DNA of 64,000 nt from Paraspadella gotoi (lineage: Eukaryota > Animalia > Chaetognatha), in the NCBI GenBank assembly GCA_051294375.1, contig CM119263.1:8684908-8748907 (forward strand), written 5' to 3'. This document shows, piece after piece, positions 32,776 through 43,499 of this stretch (position 1 is the stretch's first letter; each line of letters begins with the position of its first letter). A program made the translations under genes and the position numbers. Under the pieces are notes generated by a model. It saw only the letters and a list, made by a program, of their open reading frames with translations, had not been told where the DNA came from and did not search any database.

Positions 32776-34412
32776 GGCGGGGAGGAAAGTGAGATAGTAG
32801 GAGAGGGGGAGAAGGAGAGAGAGAGGATAACCTAAAATAAAATTATGATGGATAACTAATGAATGCTTTCGAGGGCATAGGCAGCACTTAAAATCGGGCG
32901 GGGACTGGAGGACGACTCCTAATTTAAAATGATTTTGACTTGTAGAGTCGTGCACTCTCTTTGGCTTGGGCCGAGTTGACTTCGAAACCTGTCCAACGCC
33001 CTCCACCGTTAAAAGCTCAAGGAATGGCAGCTTTACTTTTTCGTCCAGGGTCTCCAAATCATAACAAGGAAAAGTCGAAGACTGGTGTGGATCGATAGAT
33101 TGGTTTTGGTATTTAAACTATCGATGTAAATCTGATCTTTATTGGGGACAGTTTTTAGGAATTTTTAAAAAAATAAATTGTTGTAATTACACATTCAATA
33201 AAATATTTACCGTATTTAAATGAAGGATATATTTTTAAGAAGATTCATTAGCCATTGTTCCACAGAAAAATCTTTTTTTTAAAACCTAAACAATTTTTAG
33301 AGTCTCCTTTCTGTTGTGTTCTGTTCTGCAAAGTCATTAATTGATATGGTCTTAGGTAAACAAATCTTATAGATATAAAATTTGTACAACTATTATAAAA
33401 ATTATCCATTCATTTAATAAATAAGCTTCCTTGCCCCTGACTTTGGACAGGCTTTGGTGGTTAATAAAGATAATAACTTAGCAGGTCCTTTTAATCAAGA
33501 CTCTCTCACTGTTTCGTTAATTCACTCCCAGAGTATCTGGCTTCCCTATCAATGAATATTATGCTAAAAGGAGAAAGAATATTTATTAAATGAATTTCTT
33601 ATACAAACTAATCAAGAATTTTGTTTAAATCTTCACCCTATCGACCTCAACCTAATTTACAGGTTCCTGTTGACAACGACTGTTCTTTTGATTGAAAACT
33701 TAACAAAAATCCTCCAGTTGGTATTTTTATATTAAGTTATCCTCAAATGAGATTATTATTATTAATATTATTATTAAAAATACAATCTAAAATAAATAGT
33801 TCTCCTAGTTATATTATTAGTACTTATAAGTTTTTTTTATTTTAATCAGGAAACATGGCCATCAAATTTTGTCAACAACGACTTCGTCTGCTATTTATGA
33901 TAGATGCAAAGGAAGAGCAGCAAAAAGCTGCTGATGAAAGTGATTCTACTCCGGCTTGAAAATCTTTTGAAATGGAATCACGAACTCTGTACCCGAATAA
34001 ATACAGTTTATTATTATTTTATACCAACTTTTCAACTATTTTTACATTTCGATTCTGGAAACAATATCGACCAGTTCGTTTTCGAGAAGCCATTGTCACC
34101 TTGCTCCATCAAACTCTAAAAAAAAACATCGAACATTATTCCATGAAAGTTAACTTTTCATCTCCCGCTTTTGTCTTTTAAGATTTCATGTGCATTTCAG
34201 CGCTATTCTTCTCTACTGTAAAAAAACAAATAAAATCATTCATTCCCAAAACGAACGTCTTGAAGTTCGGATTTTAAAAACTAGTACATACTCATAGTTA
34301 ACTCATAATAAGGCGCTGCAAAGTCTTAATAATTTTTAACCTTTCTTGTTTCCTTTCGAAGATAAATGAATAACGACGATTGCTAAGCATTACTTATCTC
34401 CAATCATCTGAA

Positions 34413-35627
34413 ATGGAATCAAAACAAAATTTAACTTCAATTCCACAATACTTTTTGAAATGCGGAATAAATGACGTAGTTAAAGTACATTTGTGTGCTT
34501 TTTGCGATTATGTAGCTTTGAATGCGGAAAATCTTCAACATCACAATAAAAAGTGTTCTAAAAAGTTAACAGAAGATGAACAAAAATTTGCTTGTAAGAT
34601 GTGCAACTTTAGTACTCTGTATAGAAGAAATTTAAAAACACACGAATTGACTCATCAATCTGAATCGGTTAAAAATTTAGAAAAAAAATTTGTTTGTAAT
34701 ATTTGCGATTACAAAACATGTCGCAAAGGTGATTTTGATAAACATTATGAAAGGCACAAACCTAAATCAGAAAGAAGCTTCCCATGCCCTCTTTGTAAGT
34801 TTGCTTCAAACAGCTTATCCCAGTTATTTAATCATAAAAAGAAAACCCATGAAAACGAAAAAATAAGAAAATATCATGTATGCAAAATTTGTAATTATAA
34901 AACCGAATTTCCTAAGAATCTTCGAATACATCTTAACTTACATGGCCTCAATGATATTACCGATACCAAAAAGAGTTTATCTTGCAATGTTTGCGATTTT
35001 AAAACTTTTTATAAGCGAAACTTTAAAATACACTTAGAAACTCATAATCCAGAAAAAAAATTTATTTGCTCAACCTGTAACTTTGCTTCTGCGTCCGAAT
35101 TTCTTTTAAAGAAGCATGAAAAAATACACAATAAAGTGCATAATTGTAATAAGTGTGCTTTTAAAACAGCATATCAGAGTCATCTTAAAAAGCATTTGGA
35201 ATTGCATGAACCTAAAAATGTTATCGAATTAAAGAAGAAACACTTTTGCAATAGTTGTAATTTTAAAACAAGACATATTGGAAATCTTAAAACGCATCAA
35301 AGAACTCATGAAGCTGACCCGGTAAAAAATATAAGGAAAAGACATAGTTGCAAAGATTGTGATTATAAAACAGAACGTTTGAGTGATCTTAAAAAACATT
35401 ATAAAAGTCATAAACCAAAGGTGAAAAAATCAAAGAAAAGTTTGAAAACAGTCGAAAAAATTAATGACATTTATCCTAACAAAAACCTTGAAATTTGTGG
35501 ACAAGCGACAATTAAAGTTGATACTTCTAATCTAATTAAGCAGGAAGAAACTTTTGAAATATTAGAAACGGATGTCAATAATTCTGTTTATGGTTTTCCA
35601 ATAAAAAAAGAGGAATATCGAAACTGA
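34413..35627 (+). CDS. Intronless multi-C2H2 zinc-finger protein (~10 fingers)
   Basis: Repeated CxxC-x12-HxxxH with CDY/FKT cores and non-TGEKP linkers; ATG at 34413. Confidence 0.9.
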   Translation: MESKQNLTSIPQYFLKCGINDVVKVHLCAFCDYVALNAENLQHHNKKCSKKLTEDEQKFACKMCNFSTLYRRNLKTHELTHQSESVKNLEKKFVCNICDYKTCRKGDFDKHYERHKPKSERSFPCPLCKFASNSLSQLFNHKKKTHENEKIRKYHVCKICNYKTEFPKNLRIHLNLHGLNDITDTKKSLSCNVCDFKTFYKRNFKIHLETHNPEKKFICSTCNFASASEFLLKKHEKIHNKVHNCNKCAFKTAYQSHLKKHLELHEPKNVIELKKKHFCNSCNFKTRHIGNLKTHQRTHEADPVKNIRKRHSCKDCDYKTERLSDLKKHYKSHKPKVKKSKKSLKTVEKINDIYPNKNLEICGQATIKVDTSNLIKQEETFEILETDVNNSVYGFPIKKEEYRN

Positions 35628-36714
35628 TGGTTTATAATTTATTTGGAAATATGTAAGGATGCCATTTTTTAAAAAAGTTATTTCATTGGTTATGAACCAA
35701 ACTTCATAAAAAAATTAATCTGAAGCGATCATTTCATGTTGAATGCATTTTCATTTTTTATTTTATTTTATCTCAGGTTTTTTTTAAATCTTAAACTATT
35801 TTTGCTACCCCCCGTTTTCAAACGCAGAAGACCATGGAATAAACATTTTTACCTTTATAAAATTCCCAGTGTGCCAAACAATAGTTTTTTTAATAGTGAG
35901 CAATATTTGGTTATTTTTTTTTTAAATATCGTGTTTCACCCTGACCTTTTTAAAATACAAAAACGGTGACAGTACTTCAATATAAATTATTTATGTATTT
36001 GGAATTCCAAAATTTTTTTATAAAGGAGTTAATGTTGCGCAGTTAAAAACGCACAATTTTTATCCAGTTATAGTATGGTAAGGATAATTTGACATGGAGT
36101 GTCTGTAAACAGTCTAGATATATATTAAGGGTATTTAAGTTAATGCATTTCAAATGATTGCTTTTACATACAAGCTCTTTGGATTTTGTATCTACTGTGA
36201 TAATTGCAACTAGTAATTTCATAGCTTTCACAATTCGTAAATAGTCAATCAAGCTGTTAACTGTTTAATAACAGTAGGTGATCGAAAACTGTTTTATAAA
36301 AACAAGATGTTTATCATTATTGTATAGGTTAATTTTTTATGATTTATGGTAGTATATTTATGATACGTTTCAAGATAATTTTACCATTGCTTTGTGCATG
36401 AAAAATTAAAAATTTTAAGTATATTTTGTCCTAGTTTTTCAATTTTGTATTTACATTGTGGGGTCAGTAATCATGCACTTGTTTGTCGGTTGATTTTGTC
36501 CAACTTATTTTTCAAATCTTCATAACTCTGGTAAAACTGCATAAATTTAGGTAATACTTGATAGAAAGGAGCAAGCATATCATGAGATTTTTGTGCATAT
36601 GTTTCATACAATGTGCAGTAACATGACCCCTTTAGAATTGTGGTTACATTATCTTAAATGCGGCATAATTTATGTATATACTGTGGTGGACTAAAATCCA
36701 CCAACCGTTCATCA

Positions 36715-36787
36715 GCGGCCATTGGTGCCGGAGGCAAGTCATTCGCCTCCCAACCCAAAGGTCCGGGGTTCTAGCCCGGTGGTCGCC
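36715..36787 (+). ncRNA. tRNA-like (Gly-CCC-like) module inside LTR1; second copy ~37706-37779
   Basis: Acceptor-like pairing GCGGCCA/TGGTCGC, TTCGCCTCCCA anticodon-like segment and T-arm-like CCGGGGTTCTAGCCCGG. The D and anticodon arms are degenerate, so this is not a functional tRNA. Confidence 0.6.
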
Positions 36788-36788
36788 T

Positions 36789-36862
36789 AGCAGTTAAGAG
36801 GGACGGGGCGCTTAACCCGCCTAACACGGTGCTACAGCCTGATCCGAAGCTCAGGGACTGCT
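36789..36862 (+). ncRNA. Candidate twister ribozyme, type P5 (LTR1 copy; P3 partly decayed); predicted cleavage 36813/36814
   Basis: P5 AGCAGU/ACUGCU; L1 GA-CGG and U^AA; CCC-GCC; P4 CCUGA-UCCGAAGC-UCAGG; pseudoknot CCG:CGG. Confidence 0.65.
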
Positions 36863-37780
36863 TACATTGAATGGTTCTGTCACTAACACTTAACAATTAT
36901 CACTGTCTCATTGGTGAGCTCGACTTCCAAACACAACAGCAACAACAACACTTTCAGGCGNNNNNNNNNNNNNNNNNNNNNNNNNNNNNNNNNNNNNNNN
37001 NNNNNNNNNNNNNNNNNNNNNNNNNNNNNNNNNNNNNNNNNNNNNNNNNNNNNNNNNNNNNNNNNNNNNNNNNNNNNNNNNNNNNNNNNNNNNNNNNNNN
37101 NNNNNNNNNNNNNNNNNNNNNNNNNNNNNNNNNNNNNNNNNNNNNNNNNNNNNNNNNNNNNNNNNNNNNNNNNNNNNNNNNNNNNNNNNNNNNNNNNNNN
37201 NNNNNNNNNNNNNNNNNNNNNNNNNNNNNNNNNNNNNNNNNNNNNNNNNNNNNNNNNNNNNNNNNNNNNNNNNNNNNNNNNNNNNNNNNNNNNNNNNNNN
37301 NNNNNNNNNNNNNNNNNNNNNNNNNNNNNNNNNNNNNNNNNNNNNNNNNNNNNNNNNNNNNNNNNNNNNNNNNNNNNNNNNNNNNNNNNNNNNNNNNNNN
37401 NNNNNNNNNNNNNNNNNNNNNNNNNNNNNNNNNNNNNNNNNNNNNNNNNNNNNNNNNNNNNNNNNNNNNNNNNNNNNNNNNNNNNNNNNNNNNNNNNNNN
37501 NNNNNNNNNNNNNNNNNNNNNNNNNNNNNNNCACATTTGCCTCATCCTGGTGATGCACTTCCGCCAACAACACAATCAGGCAATATGCCTCAACTTGGTG
37601 GCAAACTTTCCACCAACAAACAATTCACTTGAAGAGACGCAACAGACTTCTCCCTACGGGAGGGGGGGATGTATGGTGGACTAAAAATGCACCAACTGTT
37701 CATCAGCCGGCCATAGGTGCCAGAAGCAAGTCATTCCCTCCAAACCCAAAGGTCCGGGGTTTTTAGCCCAGTGGTCGCCT

Positions 37781-37855
37781 AGCAGTTAAGAGGGATGGGC
37801 ACTTAACCCGCCTGTAACACGGTGTTACAGCCTGATCCGAAGCTCAGGGACTGCT
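37781..37855 (+). ncRNA. Candidate twister ribozyme, type P5 (LTR2 copy; intact P3); predicted cleavage 37804/37805
   Basis: As LTR1, with P3 CUGUAACA/UGUUACAG and pseudoknot CCG:UGG (G-U wobble). Confidence 0.7.
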
Positions 37856-38039
37856 TACATTGAACGGTTCTGTCACTAACACATAACAATTATCACTGTC
37901 TCCTCAATACTAAGCCCACTAAGTTGATACTTTACAAGATACCATAAAAAGATTGTTTTGCAGAGGTTTCATTCTTGCGTAGTTACATACGTGATCCCTG
38001 TAAAATATGGATGGATGTAGAACGACAAAAAGTGAATGA

Positions 38040-38730
38040 GGCTTTTTAGTCGGATCTGCTTATCAGAAGATCGACCCTGTAATCCAATTTGTCGGTCATT
38101 TACTTATATATAATATCATATCATATTAAAACATCAAACAATGGTTAAAATATGCAAAAAAATGATATCCGTCCTTCTGTCTGTCTGTCTTTCTGTCCAT
38201 CCCACCCTAGCAAAAAAACTCAAATTACTGGAAATGAGTTTAAATGGAAAAAACTTACTTGAAACTTTTTACTAATTCTAACCCATAAATACTCTAATTA
38301 ATCATAATTGGATGAATAGATAGAAATGAAATTTTGTGTGTGGGTAGGAAGGTGTGTGATTGAGCAGGATACAAAGTTTTGATGAAATCGTACGAGTGGA
38401 TATGAGTTTAAATGAAAAAACCAAAGTGAAATTGACTTGAATTTTTACTGATGTTTACTCATAAATGTTTTAATTATTATTATTATTTTTATTATATCAG
38501 TCACATTAACTTGTTGTTGTTTTATATTTCTCTCTCTCTTTCTCTCTCATCATTGCAACATCATCATTATCATTTTTATTAGTTTATGATCTATTATGAT
38601 CAGTTTTGTTTGTTTTCTCTCTCTCTCTCTCTCTCTCTCCCACTTCATCATTAGATAATTCTGATGATTGATGGATTTCCCATGACATACGATCTCTCTC
38701 TTTACATTGTTTGCTCAAACTTGCTTTTTT
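38040..38730 (+). mobile_element. HINE/DINE-1-like (Helentron-associated) non-autonomous element fragment
   Basis: (GTCY)n microsatellite followed by CCCACCYTAGCAAAAAACTC, internal GAAATGAGTTTAAATGGAAAAA repeats and TTTGCTCAAACTTG, all shared with 43500-44190. GTCGGATCTGC here is the inverse of GCAGATCCGAC in the other copy (subTIR-like). Confidence 0.5.
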
Positions 38731-38834
38731 ATTGAATATTTTTGTAGACATTGTTATGATTCTTTCTTTTCGTTGTGCTATAAATTAGGAAATACAGTTT
38801 TTATAGTCAAACAACGATTTTTATTATTAGATAT

Positions 38835-38883
38835 AAGTCGGACAAGTTTCAACTCTTAATTAAGAGACTTCTTCAGCGATCTT
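38835..38883 (-). ncRNA. Candidate minimal type-I hammerhead ribozyme; predicted cleavage after the GUC at 38843-38841
   Basis: CUGAAGA (38876-38870), palindromic stem II CUCUUAAUUAAGAG, GAAAC (38850-38846), stem I AAG-A-UCG/CGA-CUU, vestigial stem III as in PLE hammerheads. Confidence 0.65.
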
Positions 38884-39140
38884 TACCAATCAACAATTTT
38901 CTCTCTTTAACATTAGCTTTGAGAGTGAGAGAGAGAGTGAGTTTGAGAAGGAGGGAGATTCTTATCTTCTTCCCTGTCCTTACCTTCACCTGTCCTCACA
39001 TCTGACCACTGTCCTTTCTAAATTCTTTGTTGGAATCTCCCTCCTTCTCTCACTCACTCTCTCTCTCTCTCTCACTCTCAAAGCTAATGTTAAAGAGAGA
39101 AAATTGTTTATTGTTAAAGATCGCTTAAGAAGACTCTTAA

Positions 39141-39757
39141 GAAAAAGGGTCATTCAACTCGACTTCAAAATAGGCCAAAATGGAGTATAAATTTAGAAAG
39201 CTGAGCTCCTGCCGATTCCGAAAATGTATTCACTTTCCATCTGCTATTTTTTATGAATTTTTTTTTAGTGAATTCGAAAAAAGTAATAGAGAGACATTTT
39301 TAAATTTCAAACTTGTATCATTGAAATGAAACATTTTTAAACTTTAACCCTGAATTCTTCATAACTGGAATGCGTTTATCAAAATGTCTCTCTATTACAT
39401 TTTCACAAATGTTTTTAAGATTGCTAATCAAATTTTTAAATCAATATTATTGCAGTCGTAGCTCAAATTTCTTTACACTCTAATTTAACTGAAGATTTTG
39501 TTCATGACTGGAAAACCAAAAGAGTAACAAGATTAATTGTTTAATTCTCCCCTTCTAAATTATCCCTTACTGTGTTTTAACTTCTTACCTAGAATTTTTT
39601 AACAATCAGATTGAAAAACTAATCTTTAAAAAATGTGCTTACCCATAAATAAAAACTTATTTTTTTTTGTGATTACTGATGACTATAATGTATTTCTCGA
39701 TGTATTAGCTCTAATACATCAAAGATTACGCATTGTTATGCTGAATGACCTTTCCTC
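39141..39757. mobile_element. 617-bp TTAA-TSD MITE (Kolobok-like RR..YY termini)
   Basis: TTAA at 39137-39140 and 39758-39761; TIRs GAAAAAGGGTCATTCAAC vs GAGGAAAGGTCATTCAGC (14/18). Excision restores the sequence of the opposite arm. Confidence 0.7.
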
Positions 39758-39994
39758 TTAATAAAGAGTTGAAACTTGTCCGACATATCTAATAATAAAA
39801 AATCGTTGTTGACCATTAAAAACTGTTTTTCCTAATATTTTTGTAATATTAAAACCTTGTTGCACATTTATGTATTTTATAATTGTTTAGTCGCGTGAAC
39901 ACTTGGAAATTCATTGCCTTTTTTTTAGAAGTTAAAGGAATGAACTGTGGTTGAAAACTTTTTCTACTTACTCAATACTTTTTCATACCAAAAT

Positions 39995-42655
39995 ATGGGT
40001 GAAAATAACTACCATTCGGAATCAACAATGACTAAGGTCGGTTCAAGTCATTTATGTAATATATGTGGTTTTTCTACGGAATATCTGAGAAGTTTTAAAG
40101 TTCATTTGGAAATTCACGAATCAAAAGCTGAGAGAGAAGCAAAGAAAAAATTTTCATGTGATATTTGCAATTTTAAAACAAAATATAATAAACATCTTAA
40201 AGTACACTTAAAAACTCATGAACCACCAAATATTAGGAACATGAACAAAAGATATTCTTGTCATCAATGTGACCATAAATCAGATCGGAAGTGTGATATG
40301 GAAAAACACATTGATACTCATAAATCAAAGGAAGAAAGACGAGTTTGCAACATTTGTTACTTTTCAGCAGACACCATTGCTCTTCTGAAAATTCATAAAA
40401 AAACTCACAAACAATTAATTGATATGGAAAAAAAACAAGACAATGCCAGAAATGGTAAGGCCGAAAAAATAACAAGTACCAAAAAATTGCAGAATAAGGT
40501 AAGAGCAGACGTTCATGAATGTAATCAATGCGATTTTAAAACCGTTCATCTTAAAAATCTAAAATTACACATGCATATACACGACCCAAAGGATGTACAG
40601 GAAGAAAGGAAAATATATACCTGCCATATATGCGATTTCAAAACATCATACAACAGAAACTTAAGAAATCATCTCGGGCTTCATGAGCCTGAAAAAAAAT
40701 TTTCCTGCAATGTTTGTAACTTTTCCGCTGCGACGACACTTCTTTTAAAAAGGCATCAAAAAACACATAATAAGGTTCATAAATGCAGCATTTGTGATTA
40801 TAAAACTGCTTTTGCCCAGAATCTCCGAACTCATATTTCAATCCATGATCCAGAAGATATGAAGGAATTAAATAAAAAGTATGTTTGTCATATTTGTAAT
40901 TTTAGGACAAGACTGAATCAAAGTCTCAGAGCTCATCTTGTTACTCATGAAACTGAAAAAAGGCATGTATGTGATATTTGTAACTTTGCAACAAAGACTA
41001 CACACCTGTTAAAAAAACATAAGGGAATAATGCATAATGAAGAACGAAAACAAAATTTAAAAATGAAAAACAAATATGCAAAATATAGAAAGCTTGTAAA
41101 TCCAAAAATGCTTTCGGACATAAAAAACATGAATGATGACTGCGGAACAGAAAGGCCCACCAGTCAAATGATCTATAGTTCAGAAAAAGGAAGCACTGTA
41201 CAGCATAACTCAGAAAATAAAACAGAAAACTACCGTAAAACTCCTGAAATTGAAAAGAGAAAAAACTATCTAAGTGAAAGTCCAAGAAATCAAATAGAAA
41301 ACAATTTTGAAACCTCAAGTATTGGTAGTGAAAGAAACTGTTGTCCAGGAAGTGATGAAGAAAACAACCTTGAAACTCTAGAACATGAAACAAGGGCCGA
41401 CCCATCAAAATATTGTCTAAACAATGAAAACAAAATTAAAAAGGACCTTGTTAACTACATTCCTAAAAATGGAGTAAAAACCGAACTGGAATGTAATAGT
41501 TCTGAGGGTTTTCCACAAGCTTCTGATAATGAAGAAGATGCAATATTGATGAATTCGAATGTTATTAAAAGAAAACTAAAAACACAAGGGACGGAGGATG
41601 AAGAATATGAAACAACGATTTTTGATAATGTTAAAAGAGAACCGGAAACACAAGGAACGGAAAGTGATTATTCTTCCTTTAATGAGAAAGATGCAACATC
41701 CAATGTCATTAAAAGAGAACCAAAAACGCAAAGTACGGAAAAAGAATTTAATGCTCCAAATGTTCTTGGACTTGAAATTAAAACCGAAAATGAAACAGAT
41801 TACCCATTTAATGACGTGAAACCTGAAGTTAAACAAGAAATTGACTCGGATATCATAAATCCGAATTACATTAGAAAATTTATTGAAATACCAACGAGCA
41901 AAAAAAATGTCTCGAAGAAAAAAATGAAATTTAAATGCACCGTTTGTGGTTTTGAAACGATTTATCATAACTCGATGAAAAAACATATAAATCAACACGA
42001 CCCTTCGAAATGCACTTGTGAGTTTTGTGATTTCGTCGCGCCCACGGACATTGAATTACAACAACATAGAAAAATTCATAAACCTTTACTCTGCTTCAAG
42101 TGCGGTTTTAGAACGGCGCATCGATACGCTCTCGCGGTGCATATGGAATTACACGATCCGAAGGACGTTAAGGAAGCGAGAAAAAAACACGCCTGCGATA
42201 AATGCGATTTCAAAACGAGGTATAAAAAACATCTCAAAACGCATTTGCTCCTTCATTTACCGAAAGACGAGAGAGAAAACACGGCAAGATTTCCCTGCGA
42301 ACACTGTTATTATAAAACGAACCGATTGTACGATTTACAAAAACACGTCGAACGGATTCACGTCAATAAAAGCACGCCGAATGTGAAGACCAGAAAGTTG
42401 GGCGCCGAGTGGACGGAGGGCGACATCGCGAGCAAGAAGCCTAGGAAACCAAGACCTCCTCGACCAAGTCGAAAGAAAGACAAAGACAAAGATAAGGACA
42501 AAGCGAAAGGAAAATCTCGTACAAAACGGAAAACATCGGGAGAACCGAAGAAAAGGCGGAAAAAGAACGTGGTTACTATCGAAGACACTTATTTTCCGGA
42601 TATGGATATGGAATATGAAACAACTGGTGATAGATTTGAATGGGAATTGGATTGA
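39995..42655 (+). CDS. Intronless C2H2 zinc-finger protein with two finger arrays, an acidic spacer and a Lys/Arg-rich tail; paralogue of 34413-35627
   Basis: ~15 C2H2 motifs; shared block HEPEKKFSCNVCNF...LLKRHQKTHNKVH vs HNPEKKFICSTCNF...LLKKHEKIHNKVH. Confidence 0.92.
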   Translation: MGENNYHSESTMTKVGSSHLCNICGFSTEYLRSFKVHLEIHESKAEREAKKKFSCDICNFKTKYNKHLKVHLKTHEPPNIRNMNKRYSCHQCDHKSDRKCDMEKHIDTHKSKEERRVCNICYFSADTIALLKIHKKTHKQLIDMEKKQDNARNGKAEKITSTKKLQNKVRADVHECNQCDFKTVHLKNLKLHMHIHDPKDVQEERKIYTCHICDFKTSYNRNLRNHLGLHEPEKKFSCNVCNFSAATTLLLKRHQKTHNKVHKCSICDYKTAFAQNLRTHISIHDPEDMKELNKKYVCHICNFRTRLNQSLRAHLVTHETEKRHVCDICNFATKTTHLLKKHKGIMHNEERKQNLKMKNKYAKYRKLVNPKMLSDIKNMNDDCGTERPTSQMIYSSEKGSTVQHNSENKTENYRKTPEIEKRKNYLSESPRNQIENNFETSSIGSERNCCPGSDEENNLETLEHETRADPSKYCLNNENKIKKDLVNYIPKNGVKTELECNSSEGFPQASDNEEDAILMNSNVIKRKLKTQGTEDEEYETTIFDNVKREPETQGTESDYSSFNEKDATSNVIKREPKTQSTEKEFNAPNVLGLEIKTENETDYPFNDVKPEVKQEIDSDIINPNYIRKFIEIPTSKKNVSKKKMKFKCTVCGFETIYHNSMKKHINQHDPSKCTCEFCDFVAPTDIELQQHRKIHKPLLCFKCGFRTAHRYALAVHMELHDPKDVKEARKKHACDKCDFKTRYKKHLKTHLLLHLPKDERENTARFPCEHCYYKTNRLYDLQKHVERIHVNKSTPNVKTRKLGAEWTEGDIASKKPRKPRPPRPSRKKDKDKDKDKAKGKSRTKRKTSGEPKKRRKKNVVTIEDTYFPDMDMEYETTGDRFEWELD

Positions 42656-43499
42656 ACTGAATGGGGAAAGAAATCGAGTTACATTTAAGTAGATGTTGAT
42701 GTTGATGTAGATGTTGGGTTCAATATTATCCATTTTGTTCAAAATAAAGAACATCATTCTGTTAAAGTCAATGTGCTTTGTAACAAGTGAACTTCGTTAA
42801 ATTTCTATAATTCACTTTGTCGGTCCGTCGGTCCGCCCCTTCAATTCTTGTCGGGCATTCACTTATATCATGTCAGAACATCGAATTATGATAAATTATG
42901 TATATTATGGTAGCGGTAGCGCGACAAATTCTAATTATAATGGAACAGCATTAAACTAATCCATTATTGGTTATAATTATTGTGTTAAAATATTGTTGCA
43001 AAAATGTCGAACCATGAGTAATTCGCTAATTAATATTATTATATTGCCTATATAATGTTAAAATTTTTTTTGATATTTTAAGTTTTTTTAATTGATTCTG
43101 ATAGAGCTTAAAAAGTTAAGCAAAAAATATAATTACAACTTTTTATAATTTTGATATTTTATTACTAAAATTAGTAAAACTGCTAAAATCATCGGATGAT
43201 GATGATGATGATAATTTTTTAAGGTTTTTCTCAATTTTAACCCACTTATCATCAAAATATTGAAAAAAGAATTATACTTTGTGTAGATAACTTTTCATAA
43301 GCTATTTGAATCCGCTTTTAAAAATAAAAAATTCAAAAAATTTTTTTTGCATTTCCTATCTATAAATAAATATTAAAAATATTAATTACTAATGCTTCTA
43401 GCCATTTTAGAAAATTTTTGCTCCATTGAAAGTTTTCTCAGAAAATGTATGAAGTTTCATTTGAAAGGTTCCCAATCAAACTTCTGACCCACCCCATTG

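Larger units (their letters stand above)
36682..37906 (+). mobile_element. Small non-autonomous LTR retroelement (TRIM/retrozyme-like): LTR1 36682-36910, PBS 36912-36924, PPT 37658-37669, LTR2 ~37670-37906, TSD ATAC
   Basis: ~230-bp direct repeats with TG..CA ends; TGGTGAGCTCGAC follows LTR1; GGGAGGGGGGGA precedes LTR2; ATAC at 36678-36681 and 37907-37910. The interior is partly an N-gap (36961-37531). Confidence 0.85.
38784..39836. mobile_element. Head-to-head inverted pair of Penelope-like repeats with minimal type-I hammerhead motifs (arms 38784-38961 on -, 39033-39836 on +)
   Basis: The arms are reverse complements once 39141-39757 is removed; the minus arm reads AAGAUCG-CUGAAGA-stem II-GAAAC-UU-GUC^CGACUU followed by an A-rich tail. 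Confidence 0.65.

Noticed and set aside
36682-36910. Reading the repeat as a simple tRNA-derived SINE, or as a hammerhead via minus-strand CUGAUGA
   Set aside because: TG..CA ends, PBS, PPT and TSD favour LTRs, and no GAAA/stem III follows the CUGAUGA.
36871-37684. Long ORFs across N-runs (also 29999-31310)
   Set aside because: Open only because of Ns.
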